Positions 19,898-33,415 of a stretch of DNA of 64,000 bases are shown here, piece after piece. The translations under genes were made by a program, and so were the position numbers. The notes below the pieces were generated by a model, which saw only the letters and a program-made list of their open reading frames with translations, was not told the origin of the DNA and did no database searches. Source of the DNA: Azolla caroliniana (lineage: Eukaryota > Plantae > Polypodiophyta); the NCBI GenBank assembly GCA_043228905.1, contig JBHGNT010000010.1, positions 7,688,001 to 7,752,000 on the forward strand. The letters run 5' to 3'. The stretch's first letter is position 1. The number at the start of each line of letters is the position of its first letter.

Positions 19898-22800
19898 TGT
19901 TGGGATTACGGTCCCTCCGGATGGGATGTCCGGAGATGAATGACGGCAAGCCCGGTTGCGGTTACGGAGCCGGATGATGAAGACCCCGGCTACGGAGCCG
20001 GATGATGAAGACCCCGGCTACGGAGCCGGATGATGAAGACCCCGGTTACGGAGCCGGATGACGAATGTACCCGGAGAGAGATCCGGATGCGGGGACATAT
20101 TTGTGAATATGTTTGCCAAGAGCCCTTGAGGCTATATTTTGTAAATAGCCCGAAAGTCATATGTGTATAAATATGACTTAGGGCAAACAGTTTTGTGGTT
20201 GTTGCTCATTTTCATGAGTGAAGTGTGAGCAGCCGTGAGAGAGAGAGAGAGAGATAGAGCGCGAGGGAGGAAGAGGTAGACCCCTCTGTGTATTTCCGCC
20301 GCCTGTGGCGAGGACAGCGAGCTCAAGGTCGTCGCCTTGCAGCTCGCCATTGTATACTTCTCTGTATAGTGTTGGTTTGGAGTCTTGTACTCCCGTGGTT
20401 TTTCCCGTCTAGGGTTTTCCACGTTAATCCCTGTGTATTCGTGTGTTTCTCTCTTTGGTTCCTATTTTCTGCTGCATTGATTCTCGATTACTCGGTTGTG
20501 GCCGAGTGGTGAAGGTGAATCGAAGCGTTGATTCCCGACAACCTGGTATCAGAGCGAACTGCTGCAGAAAATGGAAGGCGGCGGCAGCGGGCAGCCGGGG
20601 ATGATGGTGCTGAATGCGCAGAATTACGCCGACTGGAAGATCAAGATGGAGGATCTTCTGATTGTTCGGGACCTGTACGAACCGATTGACAGGTCGGAAA
20701 TACCGAAGGGGGTACTTGAGTCGGAGTGGAAACTCCTGAACCGGAAAGCCGTAGCGACGATCCGACAATATGTCGATGTAAGCGTCCTACAACATGTGGC
20801 GAACGACACCAACGCATATGAGATGTGGAAGAAGCTGTCGGGCCTCTACGAGAGGAAGAATGCGTTGAACCGGACCTCCCTGATGAGGAAGATAGTGAAC
20901 CTCAAGTACCGGGACGGCGAGAGTATGGTTGAACACGTAAGCACGTTCATGGGATTCGTGAACCAGCTTGCGGCGATCAAGTTCCCGTTGGAGGATGCAA
21001 TGCAAGCCATCATTCTGATGTGTACATTGCCGGACAGCTGGGAGAACTTGGTGGTGACTCTCAGCACCTCCTGCACCGAAGATAACTTGTCCCTACAAAC
21101 GGTAAAGACGAGTATTTTGAACGAAGAAGCGCGCCGGAGAGATAAAGAACCGGCCTCCGACTCGAAGGCGCTGCTTACCGAATCGGAACGGGGAAGACAA
21201 TGGAACCGGAGTCCGCAAAGACGGGAGAAGTCGGGGACCCGGTCGCAGTCAAGAGGAAGACCCACATGCTTCCACTGTGGGAAGCCGGGGCACTTCCGGA
21301 AGAATTGTCGGCATTACCGAAAGGACAACGGAGCCGACGACACCGATTCGAAGAAGTCACCGGAGAGAAACGGTGCATACCGGGGAGCCACGGACCGGAG
21401 AGGTCCGGATCGGCGAGGGCAGGATCGGAAAGGAACGACGGCACTCGCGGCAAGTGAAGAAGAGATAATGCTCATTACCGAAGAGAGGGAGCTGAACCTT
21501 GCCGGTGAAGAGATGACCTGGGTGGTCGATTCCGGAGCGTCGTTCCACCTGACCCTGGAGAAGAAATACTTCTCATCCTACACAGTCGGTGAGCACGGCT
21601 GTGTCCGGATGGGAAATGAAGGCACCTGCCGGATTGCCGGCATAGGAGACGTGTGGCTGATGACATCAACCGGATGCAAGATGCTGCTGAAGGATGTCCG
21701 ACACGTTCCGGAGGTCCGATTGAACCTGATCTCGGCCGGGAGGCTAGACGATGAAGGCTACACGGGTAGCATCCGGAACGGTGTCATGAAGTTCAGCAAG
21801 GGGAGCCTGATAGTGGCTCGGGCCCGAAAGGTCAACACACTGTACCTGATGAATTCCCGGCTATGTCCGGAGGAGCTGAACGTGGCAGCCGACACTGCCG
21901 GTGAGCTGTGGCACAAGAGATTGTGCCACATGAGTGAGAAGGGGATGAAGAGGCTTGCAGATAACAACCTTATTCCAGTGAAGCATGTGCACTTGGAGAA
22001 GTGCACCGACTGCCTGGCCGGTAAGCAAAACCGGACCTCTTTCCAGTCAAGGCCACCGACGAGACGTAGCGCACCATTGGAGCTGGTGCACACTGACGTG
22101 TGTCAAGTAGAAACGAAGTCACATGGCGGAGCCCAGTACTTCGTGACATTCATTGATGACCACAGCCGGAAGCTGTGGACGGCACCGTTGAAGACAAAGG
22201 ACCAAGTGTTGTGCGTCTTCAAAGAACTTCACGCGAGAGTGGAAAGGGAATCCGGCAAGAAGCTGAAAGCGATACGAGCGGATAACGGAGGGGAATACCG
22301 GGGGCAGTTCCAGCAGTACTGTTGCTCGAAGGGAATCCGACTCGAGTTTACTGTGCCGAAGACGCCGGAACTGAACGGGCTGGCCGAGAGGATGAACCGG
22401 ACCATAATGGAGAGGGTCCGGAGTATGCTGGCACACGCAAAATTACCCAAGGGGTTTTGGGCTGAGGCAATGTCGACGGCGACATACGTGATAAACAGAT
22501 CACCCTCAGTACCTTTGGACGGAGACACGCCGCAGAAAGTGTGGACCGGTAAGGAAGTGTCCTACCGGCATCTGAAGGTGTTCGGGTGTCTCGCATACGT
22601 GCATGTGGCAAAAGACCGGAGAGGAAAGCTAGATCCAAAGACCCGGCCATGCATATTCCTCGGTTACGGCGACGACGAGTTCGGCTACCGAGTATGGGAC
22701 CCGGTCGACAAGAAGATATTCAGGAGTCGAGACATCATCTTCATGGAGGACAAGACACTCGCCGACTGGGAGTCGGAGAAGAAGATGAAGAGCTCCAAGT

Positions 22801-25269
22801 CGACCGGTGAGGATCAACTCTACGAGGAGCAGTCCCGACCGGCAAGGGACCGGTTAGCACTCGAGGATCCGGTCGAAGACGGTGAAGAAACAGAACCGGC
22901 CGAAGAAGATGAAAATGATACCGGAACCGGCCCCGATCCCGAAATGGATTCGGATGAAGAAGAATCGGAAGAACCGATTACCGAAGCTCCGGAACGGAGA
23001 TATCCTCTAAGAGAGAGAAGGGCCCCCCGGAGATTTCCGGAACCAGAGCACGTGCTGCTAACCGACGAGGGGGAGCCGGAGAGCTTTGAAGAAGCAAAAC
23101 ATGACACCCAGAGCCGCAGGTGGTTGAGTGCCATGCAGGACGAGATGGATTCCTTGCATGAGAACCACACATATGAACTTGTGGAGTTGCCGAAAGGAAA
23201 GCGGGCACTTCGAAACAAGTGGGTGTTCAAGCTGAAACCAGGAGATGCCGAAAACCCCCCGAGATACAAAGCCAGGATCGTGGTGAAGGGGTTTCAGCAA
23301 AAGAAGGGCGTCGACTTCGACGAGATATTTGCCCCGGTAGTGAAGATGACCTCCATCCGGACGGTGCTGAGCATAGCGGCAAGCATGGACCTCGAGGTAG
23401 AACAGATGGACGTGAAGACGGCATTCCTTCACGGTGACCTCGATGAAGAGATCTACATGCAGCAACCGGAAGGATTCGAGAAGAAAGGGAAGGAGCACCT
23501 GGTATGCCGGTTGAAGAAGAGCCTTTACGGACTGAAGCAGGCTCCCCGGCAATGGTACCGGAAGTTCGACTCCTTCATGACCGACGAAGAGTACCTCAAA
23601 ACGCAGTCCGACCACTGCGTGTTTGTGAAGAAGTTCGAAGGAGGAGACTTTCTAATACTCCTCCTGTACGTGGACGACATGTTGATCGTCGGACGGGACC
23701 AGGTCAAGATACGGATGCTGAAGAAGGCTCTTCACCGAACCTTCTCAATGAAAGACCTGGGTCCGGCGAGGCAAATACTAGGGATGCACATCATCCGGGA
23801 CCGGAAGAAGAAGTAGTTGTGGCTGTCACAGGAGAAGTATGTGACAAAGGTGCTTCACCGGTTCAACATGTCGGAAGCAAGACCGGTAGGGTCAACCCTC
23901 CCGGGAAACTGCAAGTTGTCCAGCAAGCAAAGCCCCAAGACAAAGGCTGAGAAGGAGGACATGATGAAAGTACCATATGCCTCTGCCGTCGGAAGCCTAA
24001 TGTACGCAATGGTGTGTACAAGACCGGACATAGGATATTCAGTTGGAGTGGTGAGCCGGTACATGAGCAATCCCGGCAAAGAGCACTGGAACGCGGTCAA
24101 GTGGATACTTCGATACCTGAAGGGCACGGCAAACGTGTGCCTCCGATTCGGCTCCGGTAAGCCCGAATTCGACGGCTTTACCGATTCGGATATGTCGGCT
24201 GATGTAGATACCAGCCGGTCCACATCAGGGTATGTGATGACGTATGCAGGGGGAGCTGTTTCGTGGCAGTCGAGGCTGCAGAAGACGGTTGCGTTGTCAA
24301 CCACGGAGGCGGAGTACATGGCAGCTGTTGAAGCCGGCAAGGAAATAATATGGATGAAGGACTTCATTAGAGAGCTCGGTATCCGGCAAGAGGAGTACCG
24401 ACTCTACTGCGACAGTCAGAGTGCCATCCACCTTGCGAAGAACGCGGCCTATCACTTCCGGACGAAGCACATCCAGCGAAGATATCACTGGATCCGGGAA
24501 AGGATAGAAGACAAGGAGTTCGTGCTGACAAAGATCCACACGGACGAGAACGGGTCGGATATGCTGACCAAGTTGCTCACACCCGACAAGCTGGAAGCAT
24601 GCCGGAAGAGGATCGGATTGGAGAGACATCCCATGCCGAAGTGAAGGGGGAGTTTGTTGGGATTACGGTCCCTCCGGATGGGATGTCCGGAGATGAATGA
24701 CGGCAAGCCCGGTTGCGGTTACGGAGCCGGATGATGAAGACCCTGGCTACGGAGCCGGATGATGAAGACCCCGGTTACGGAGCCGGATGACGAATGTACC
24801 CGGAGAGAGATCCGGATGCGGGGACATATTTGTGAATATGTTTGCCAAGAGCCCTTGAGGCTATATTTTGTAAATAGCCCGAAAGTCATATGTGTATAAA
24901 TATGACTTAGGGCAAACAGTTTTGTGGTTGTTGCTCATTTTCATGAGTGAAGTGTGAGCAGCCGTGAGAGAGAGAGAGAGAGATAGAGCGCGAGGGAGGA
25001 AGAGGTAGACGCCTCTGTGTATTTCCGCCGCCTGTGGCGAGGACAGCGAGCTCAAGGTCGTCGCCTTGCAGCTCGCCATTGTATACTTCTCTGTATAGTG
25101 TTGGTTTGGAGTCTTGTACTCCCGTGGTTTTTCCCGTCTAGGGTTTTCCACGTTAATCCCTGTGTATTCGTGTGTTTCTCTCTTTGGTTCCTATTTTCTG
25201 CTGCATTGATTCTCGATTACTCGGTTGTGGCCGAGTGGTGAAGGTGAATCGAAGCGTTGATTCCCGACA
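19898..25269 (+). mobile_element. Full-length Copia element C2, close relative of C1, TSD CTGGC
   Basis: LTRs at 19898-20540 and 24655-25269; iMet PBS at 20544; PPT; CTGGC on both sides. Confidence 0.97.
20571..24644 (+). pseudogene. Copia Gag-Pol with one premature stop (CAG>TAG at 23814-23816)
   Basis: ORFs 20571..23816 and 23817..24644 are contiguous in frame; C1 has Q at this codon. Confidence 0.93.
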
Positions 25270-26429
25270 CTGGCGGCAATAGTAGCAATACGCCTTCCGT
25301 GTATTGGTAGACTCTGCTTTTTGCATGTTACCCGGATACTGCCTGGTTAGGCTCCTCTGCTCTTCTTTGTTCCGTTTTGAGCGTTAGTTATGCTTCTATC
25401 CAGCTCTCATTGGTAATCCTTTGCCACTTCCCGAGGATCCTCTTTCTGAGCGTTCCGTTATTTATTATAGTGTGGGTTGTTCCAGTATCCTTGCCGGCAC
25501 CGGTCTTCATAGTCTGCCCGTTGATCCTCTCTTCTCCGATTATAGTCGGGGGAGTAATCTCGATCATAACGATCGCCGTTATAGTCGTGGCTTCTCTCGC
25601 TCCAGTCCCGGTCATAATCGTCCCGTTAGTCACTGTATCGGACGTCTTGTATCGGTTTGTAGCGATCGTTCTTCTTCGTCTTCCTGGACGTTCCAGATCT
25701 TGATTTGCCGGACTGGTGCAGCTTGCCGATTTAGCAGGTTGTACTCGCAGCGGTCCATTGTGTGTGACCGGGAATGGCATAGCATGCATTATGATCTCAT
25801 CGTACACTCTACTGTTGAGTGTCCGGGATTAAGGCATGTCATACATTGTATTGCCTCGCAAAACCGTAGGTCCTCCTTGGTAGGGAGTGCTCTTTGGAAT
25901 GCCCCCATCGTTAACCACGAATAATTTTTCTCCATGTCCATGACCCGGTCGATGACCTGGTCTATTGTGCTAGTCCGAAAATCTATGACCGCATATACAG
26001 TTCAGAGGGGTTCTCGAAGCACTGCCAAAAATACCGCCTTCGCATTCTCTGGAATCGAATCACAAACTGCTGAATGGTTTCTGACGGGTCCTGCCGTGTC
26101 ATATAAAATTGGTCGACAATCTCTCTTTGATCCACCTATCTGTGGAAGAAGCATAGAAATCTAGTCTTTAAATCCTCAAACGTGGCAATACTGCCGGGGA
26201 GGTGCTTGGAGTGCAAACGTGCCGCAGGTCCCTCCAAAGTCATGCTAAATTCTGCAATTTTTTATCATTCTACCTCTGCTTCGTTCAGTCGTTGGGAGAC
26301 ATGATTCGCCTCCCAAGTTTGGAGAAATGCGTATACATGGGCTTCCGCGTTTGGGTCATCCTGATACTTCGGATATTGATAAGGCATTTCATCATCTTCT
26401 TGTGCTACCAGAACCGGTGTCGAAACTCA
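25270..26429 (-). pseudogene. gag: Host H1 gag, central part (degenerate)
   Basis: Retrotransposon gag-like frames ending in KAYCYYCRQ, which continues after element C2. Confidence 0.7.
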
Positions 26430-29400
26430 TGTTGGAAGACAGGTCCCTCCGGATGGGAAGGGAGAAGAACAGTGCCGAAACCGGATGAGGAGTACCCGGC
26501 TACGGAGAGCCGGATGGTGCAGACCCGGTGAGGAGTGCTCACCGGATGAAGAGACATATTCGTAAATATGTTTATGAGAGTCCATCATGGCTATATTTGT
26601 AAATAGCCGAAAAGTCATATTAGTATAAATATGACTTAGGGCAAACTTTTAGGTGTTGTTATCATTCTTGTTGGTGCAAGGAGAGAGAGAGAGCGTAATT
26701 GTGTACAGAGAGAGAGAGAGAGAGGTCGTTGCCTCTGTTGTAACCGCCGCCTGTGGCGAGGATCGCGAGCACGAGGTCGTTGCCTCCGTGAACTCACTGT
26801 TGTACATTCTAACATAGTGATAGTTTGCAGCCTGTGGGCTGCCGTGGTTTTTTCCCTTAGTTTGGGTTTTCCACGTAAACATCTTGCGTACTCTTCTCTC
26901 CTTCGTGTTGTTCATTATTTCCCGTTTTTTGTGTACGATTCTAAGCTCAGTTATGGCCGAGCGTTGCATATACGGAGCGTGCAGTTCCCGTCAAGTGGTA
27001 TCAGAGCAAAACGACACAGAATATGGATGAATGGTTTGGCGGCATGTTCAAGCTCACCGGCTCCAACTATTCAGCGTGGAAGTCGAAGATGAGGGAGATG
27101 CTCATGGTTAAAGATCTTTGGTTACCGGTTCAGTTCGGGGACAAGAGATCGGACAAGATCGACGCCACAATATGGGAGGTGATGCACATGAAGACAACGG
27201 CATACATACGGTGCTTCATCGACATGAGCCTATACAACAACTTCAATGAAGAGAGCAAGGCTCATGAGCTCTGGGAGAAGATCGGCATAATGTTTCAAAA
27301 CAAAAATGTTGTTAACCAGGTCTCGGTATTCCGGAAGCTAGTAAGACTCCGGTACCAAGATGGCTCCAGCATGGCGGAGCACATGAATGCCTTCCAGGGG
27401 CTGATACACCAGGCAACATCATTGGAAGTACCTCTCGCCGACGAGGTACTAGCGCTACTCCTACTCGGTTCCCTCCCGGATAGCTGGGAGACGTTAGTTG
27501 TCACTTTGGGCAACGCCGGGCCGAAAGGAAAACGGTTATCCCTAGCAAGAGTAAAGTCGAGCTTGCTAGATGAGGAGGCGCGTCGAAAAGATAAAGATAC
27601 GAGCTCCGACTCCAAAGCGCTCCTTACCAAATCGGAACGCGGAAGACATAGAAACCGTAGTCCCTAGAATCGGGAGAAGTCGGGGACACAGTCAAAGTCA
27701 AGGGGAAGGCCTACTTGCTTCTATTGTGGCAAGCCGGGACACTTCCAAAAGAACTGTCGGCATTTCCGAAAAGACAAGGAAACCGACGGTACCGATTCGA
27801 AGCGGACCCCGGACCGGAACGGTAAAGACCGGAGGGGGCCAGACCAGAAGGGAACGACGGCAATCGCGGCAAGTGAAGAAGAGTTGATGCTCATCACCGA
27901 CGAGAGTGAGATAAACCTTGCCAGTGACGAGATGACCTGGGTGGTAGACTCCAGAGCGTTGTTCCACCTTACCCCGAACCGGAAATGCTTCTCATTCTAC
28001 GCAGCCGGTGATCACGGCTGTGTTCGGATGGTGAATGAAGGTACATGCCGAATTGTCGGCATAGGAGACGTGTGGCTGACAATACCAACCGGATGCAAGT
28101 TGTTGCTGAAGGATGTCCGACACGTTCCGGAGGTTCGTCTGAACCTGATATCAGCCAGTCGGCTAGATGATGAAGGCTACACGGGTAGCATCCGGAACGG
28201 TGTCATGAAGTTCAGCAAAGGGAGCCTGATTGTGGCTCGGCCCCGGAAGGTCAACACATTGTACCTGATGAATGCCCGGTTATGTCCGGAAGAAGTGAAC
28301 GTGGCATCCGACACTACCGGTGAGCTGTGGCACAAGAGGCTGTGTCATATGAGCGAGAAGGGGATGAAGAGGCTTGCAGACGACAACCTCATTCCAGTTA
28401 AGAACGTGCACTTGGAGAAATGCACTGATTGTCTGACCGGTAAGCAAAACCGGACCTCCTTCCGACCAAGGCCACTGATGAGACGTAATGCACCACTAGA
28501 GTTGGTGCATACGAATGTGTGTCAAGTAGACACGAAGTCACATGCCGGAGCGCAGTACTTCGTGACATTCATAGATGACCACAACCGGAAGCTGTGGGCC
28601 ACACCGTTGAAGACGAAGGATCAGGTGCTATCCGTCTTCAAAGAGCTCCACGCGAGAGTGGAAAGAGAAACCGGCCGGAAGCTGAAGGCGGTTCAAGCAG
28701 ATAACAGAGGAGAATACCGGGGGCAGTTCGAGGAGTACTACCGCTCGAAGGGAATCTGGCTCGAATTTACCGTGCCGAAGACGCCGGAACTAAACGGGTT
28801 GGCCGAGAGGATGAACCGGACCATAATGGAGAGGGTCCGGAGTACGCTAGCGCATGCAAAACTAGCCAAGAAGTTTTGGGCTGAGGCACTGTTGACGACG
28901 ACATATGTGATAAATAGATCACCCTCAGTACCCTTGGACGGAGACACGCCACAGAGAGTCTGGACCGGTAAGGAAGTGTCCTACCGGCATCTGAAGGTAT
29001 TCGGGTGTCTCGCGTACATGCATGTAGCTAAGGACCAGAGAGGAAAGTTAGATCCAAAGACCCGGCCATGCATATTCCTCGGTTACGGTGACGATGAGTT
29101 CGGCTACTGAGTGTGGGACCTGGTCGACAAGAAGGTATTCCGGAGTCGAGATATTATCTTCATGGAGGACAAGACGCTCACCGACTGGGAGTCGGAGAAG
29201 AAGATAATGAACTCCGAGTCGACCGGTAAGGATCGACTCTACGATGAGCAGACCCAACCAGCAAGAGACCGGTTAGCACTCGAGGGACTAACCGGTTATG
29301 GTGAGGATACCGAACAGGCTGAAGAAGAAGTACAGGAAGCTGAAACCGGAACCGGCCAAGACCCCGAATCGGATTCGGATGAAGAGCAGATGGACGAGCC

Positions 29401-31623
29401 AGTCACCGAAGCCCAGAGACGGAGATATCCTCTCAGAGAGAGAAGTGCCCCCTGGAGATTTCCGAATGCAGAGCATGTTCTGCTGACCGATGGGGGGGAG
29501 CCGGAAAGCTTCGAAGAAGCGAAGGAAGACACCCACAGCCGAAAATGGTTAAGTGCCATGCAGGATGAGATGGATTCCCTGCATGAGAACCATACGTACG
29601 AAGTGGTGGAGTTGCCAAAAGGAAAGCGGGCACTCCGAAACAAGTGGGTGTACAAGTTGAAACCGGGAGATGCCGGCAACCCCTCGAGATACAAAGCCAG
29701 GATCGTGGTGAAGGGGTTCCAGCAGAAGAAGGGCGTGGACTTCGACGAGATATTTGCCCCGGTAGTAAAGATGACCTCCATCTGGACGGTGTTGAGTATA
29801 GCGGCTAGACGTGAAGACGACATTCCTTCGCGGTGACCTCGAAGAAGAGATCTACATGCAGCAACTAGAAGGATTCGTGGAGAAAGGGAAGGAGCACCTG
29901 GTTTGACGGTTGAAGAAGAGCCTCTACGGGTTGAAGCAGCCCCCCCGGCAATGGTACCGGAAGTTCGACTCCTTCATGACCGATCAAGGGTACCACAAGA
30001 CGCAGGCCGATCACTGCGTGTTTGTGAAGAAGTTCGAAGGAGGCGACTTCCTGATACTCCTGTACGTGGACGACATGTTGATCGTCGGACGGGACCAAGT
30101 CAAAATATGGATACTGAAGAAGGCCCTCAACCGGACCTTCTCAATGAAAGACTTGGGTCCGGCAAGACAGATGTTGGGGATGCATATTATCCGGAACCGG
30201 TCAGCGAAGCAATTTTGGTTGTCACAGGAGAAGTACGTGACAAAGGTGCTTCACCGGTTCAACATGTCAGATGCGAAACCGGTCGGATCGACACTTCTGG
30301 CAAACTGCAGGTTATCCAGTAAGCAAAGCCCAAAGACGAAATCATATGCCTCTGCCGTCGGGAGCTTAATGTACGCAATGATTTGTACCCGACCGGATAT
30401 AGGATACGCAGTCGGAGTGGTGAGCCAGTTTATGAGCAATCCCGGCAAGGAGCATTGGAACGCGGTCAAATGGATACTCCGGTACTTGAAGGGCACTTCA
30501 AATATGTGTCTCCGATTCGGCTCCGGAAAACCTCAACTTGACGGTTACACCGATTCGGACATGTCGACTGATGTGGATACCAGCCGGTCTACATCCGGGT
30601 ACGTAATGACATATGCAGGGGGAGCTGTTTCGTGGCAGTCAAGGCTGCAGAAGACGGTTGCATTGTCAACCACGGAGGCGGAGTACATGGCGACTGTGGA
30701 AGCCGGCAGAGAAATATTATGGATGAAGGACTTCATCGGAGAGCTCGGTATCCGGCAAGATGAATACCGACTCTATTGCGATAGTCAAAGTGCCATCCAT
30801 CTTGCTAAGAATGCGACCTACCATTCACGGACGAACCATATCCAGCGAAGATATCACTGGATCCGGGAAAGAGTAGATGACCAGGAGTTCGCACTGACGA
30901 AGATCCACACGGCCGAGAACGGGTCAGATATGCTGACCAAAGTGTTGATACCCGACAAGCTGGATGCATGCCGGAAGAGGATCGGACTAGTAAGACAACC
31001 CATGCCGAAGTGAAGGGGGAGTTTGTTGGAAGACAGGTCCCTCCGGATGGGAAGGGAGAAGAATACTGCCGAAACCGGATGAGGAGTACCCGACTACGAA
31101 GAGCCGGACCGGATGAGGAGTACCCGGTTACGGAGAGTCGGATGGTGCAGACCCGGTGAGGAGTGCTCACCGTATGAAGAGACATATTCGTAAATATGTT
31201 TATGAGAGTCCATCATGGCTATATTTGTAAATAGCCGAAAAGTCATATTAGTATAAATATGACTTAGGGCAAACTTTTAGGTGTTGTTGTCATTCTTGTT
31301 GGTGCAAGGAGAGAGAGAGCGCGTAACTATGTACAGAGAGAGAGAGAGAGAGAGGTCGTTGCCTCTGTTGTAACCGCCGCCTGTGGCGAGGATCGCGAGC
31401 ACGAGGTCGTTGCCTCCGTGAACTCACTGTTGTACATTCTAACATAGTGATAGTTTGCAGCCTGTGGGCTGCCGTGGTTTTTTCCCTTAGTTTGGGTTTT
31501 CCACGTAAACATCCTGCGTACTCTTCTCTCCTTCGTGTTGTTCATTATTTCCCGTTTTCTGTGTACGATTCTAAGCTCGGTTGTGGCCGAGCATTGCGTA
31601 TACGGAGCGTGCAGTTCCCGTCA
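26430..31623 (+). mobile_element. Full-length degenerate Copia element C3, TSD ACTCA/ACTCG
   Basis: LTRs at 26430-26993 and 31024-31623; iMet PBS at 26996; PPT GAAGGGGGAG. Confidence 0.95.
27023..31013 (+). pseudogene. Copia Gag-Pol of C3 with stops and small deletions
   Basis: ORFs 27023..27667, 27884..29110, 29111..29836 and 29910..31013; deletions near 29808 and 30340 relative to C1. Confidence 0.92.
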
Positions 31624-32190
31624 ACTCGATCTGGTGGTGTCGGGGGTCTTTCCTCGTGATTTTCCTGTTGCCAATTTGGTGTCGTCAAAGCTTGCTCCTC
31701 TTGTTTCTTCGGCGACTCGGGTGGTGGTGTCGGAACTCGTTCCTCCTCCTCTTGGTCCGCATTGGTCGATTTGTTCGGAGATTCCGGGTTTGTTATTTCT
31801 GGCTCTGGTGTCGGTATGTGGTCCGACTCATCATCTTCTGTCGTCTGGGGTATTGCGGCTACTACAATAATTCGATTGGACGCTATGTTCGCCGTCCAAA
31901 TCCGATTTGATGGTGGAGAACGCTTCCGAACCATCGTCTCTTGCGGCAAGTGTCTATAGAATGGACTCCGCTTTCTGCAAACTGCTCAGACTACTTCCTT
32001 CGTCTGGGTGGTGGTTCTATTGCAATCGGAGTGACTCATCCGCGACCCGCCGAATCACTCTAGAAAAAGACCGATCCAACCAGATCTCCTCTGCCGCTTG
32101 CTAGTAAGCCTCCCACTTCTGTAGTCTCTCGGCGAGTCTTCTTGCTCGCTCGGCCACTGGGTCGTTTGTCGGTCTATTCATCCATTCCCC
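31624..32190 (-). pseudogene. gag: Host H1 gag N-terminus
   Basis: Lies between the H1 5' LTR and the C3 insertion; ORF 31545..31949 is a P/E-rich linker. Confidence 0.6.
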
Positions 32191-32238
32191 TGTTGTTCAC
32201 TGCGCTTTTTGCAAGAATCGTGGTCGCAAAAACTGTGT

Positions 32239-32659
32239 TGTTAATCTTGGGCTGGACAAGCCACTAACACTTCACCAAAGGGGTGGTACGGTAAGGAATG
32301 TGCAAACCGTAATACATAACCGATCCTTCCTGGTTACTATCCGGAATGATTACCTTGATACATGTGTATGATAATCATATTAAGCACAGAACGACATTAA
32401 CAAGATAAACAATACGTAAAGCCACAACACTTCTCTATTAATTATTCATTGTTAATTACATCGTCTCCGGATCCTTTTATAGGTATCCGGTTGTGTGTTA
32501 CAAACCGGTCCCAACCGACAACCGGCTACGAACCGGTCCAGATCTAGATTGGCATGCCGATTCCAGGTCCGTCCGTCCGATCTTATAATTATGATAATTT
32601 ATCTAATTACAACTCCCAAAACCGGCTCCCAGTTCATACTCTGGCCTAACCGGCCAACA
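32239..32659 (-). repeat. 5' LTR of host H1
   Basis: TGTT...AACA termini; shares blocks (CTGGACAAGCC, TTCACCAAAGG, TTACAAACCGGT, CCGGCCAACA) with the LTR at 59788-60259. Left end uncertain by a few nt. Confidence 0.8.
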
Positions 32660-33163
32660 CCCAAGTGAAGCCATGATGTTTATGTATTCATGACACTACC
32701 TTCCATTCAACTTATGTGATAGAAATACAATTTTGTACTGGTAAAACTTTCCTATTGCAAATACACACAATATATGTTTTTTTCCCCAAAAAGAAGCTAC
32801 TTTTCCATTAGTTAGGAGAGATTATTACAGAAAGACTATACAAGGTGGCTTATACATAAATCGGGGAATCACCCTCCGACTGAGTTCAAGAATATGAGAC
32901 TACGTACATATCCTTTCAAATCGACTACTTAATGTAAGTAGGAACTTATAGCGATAAATTAATACCCTTCATTATTGGCCAGTACGAGTTGGATCTTATG
33001 ACCTACAACGAAGGGAGGGTGGGAGGTGAATAGGAAACAACCAGTGTGGGGCTGGTTGTTCCACCTCGGGTTGTTTCTTCCTTATGTCACCATCGACATG
33101 TTCCAAGCGCAAACGGGCAATGACCACATCATTGGAGTGGCTGCAAACTTCGTCCAATTGCCC

Positions 33164-33415
33164 TTATAGGCGGTTGATAGTCACAAACCATATATTCATG
33201 ATCAATTCCTCTAGGGGCATACCAAATCTTGGAAGACTTTTAGGCAGTGTGCTTTCCATACATACCATGGGGTGAAGCTTGCGATCAACATTTAAATCTC
33301 CCGAAACCAAGCAATACAAATAGATGTTTTTAGTATTGTTTTCAAATGATTTCCAAAAGATAGCAATATCATCTTCCTTGAGATCTTTATTTACTTTAGT
33401 TGGAGCTGCATACAT
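33164..33415 (-). pseudogene. Possible LINE AP-endonuclease remnant
   Basis: YAAPT...FWKSF...LVSGDLN resembles the YAP..FW..GDFN pattern; nothing else supports it. Confidence 0.3.

Larger units (their letters stand above)
4950..32659 (-). mobile_element. Non-chromovirus (Athila/Tat-like) Ty3/Gypsy host element H1, split by five insertions; 3' part lies left of element A
   Basis: Minus-strand pieces rejoin in frame once TSDs are collapsed: gag (32190-31624, 26429-25270), zinc knuckle CYYCRQ|EVHYNNQC, RT (19897-18801, SLNPTK|CVF, 13472-13366, ILEAP|ASTTAK), RH (5250-4950). Confidence 0.88.
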
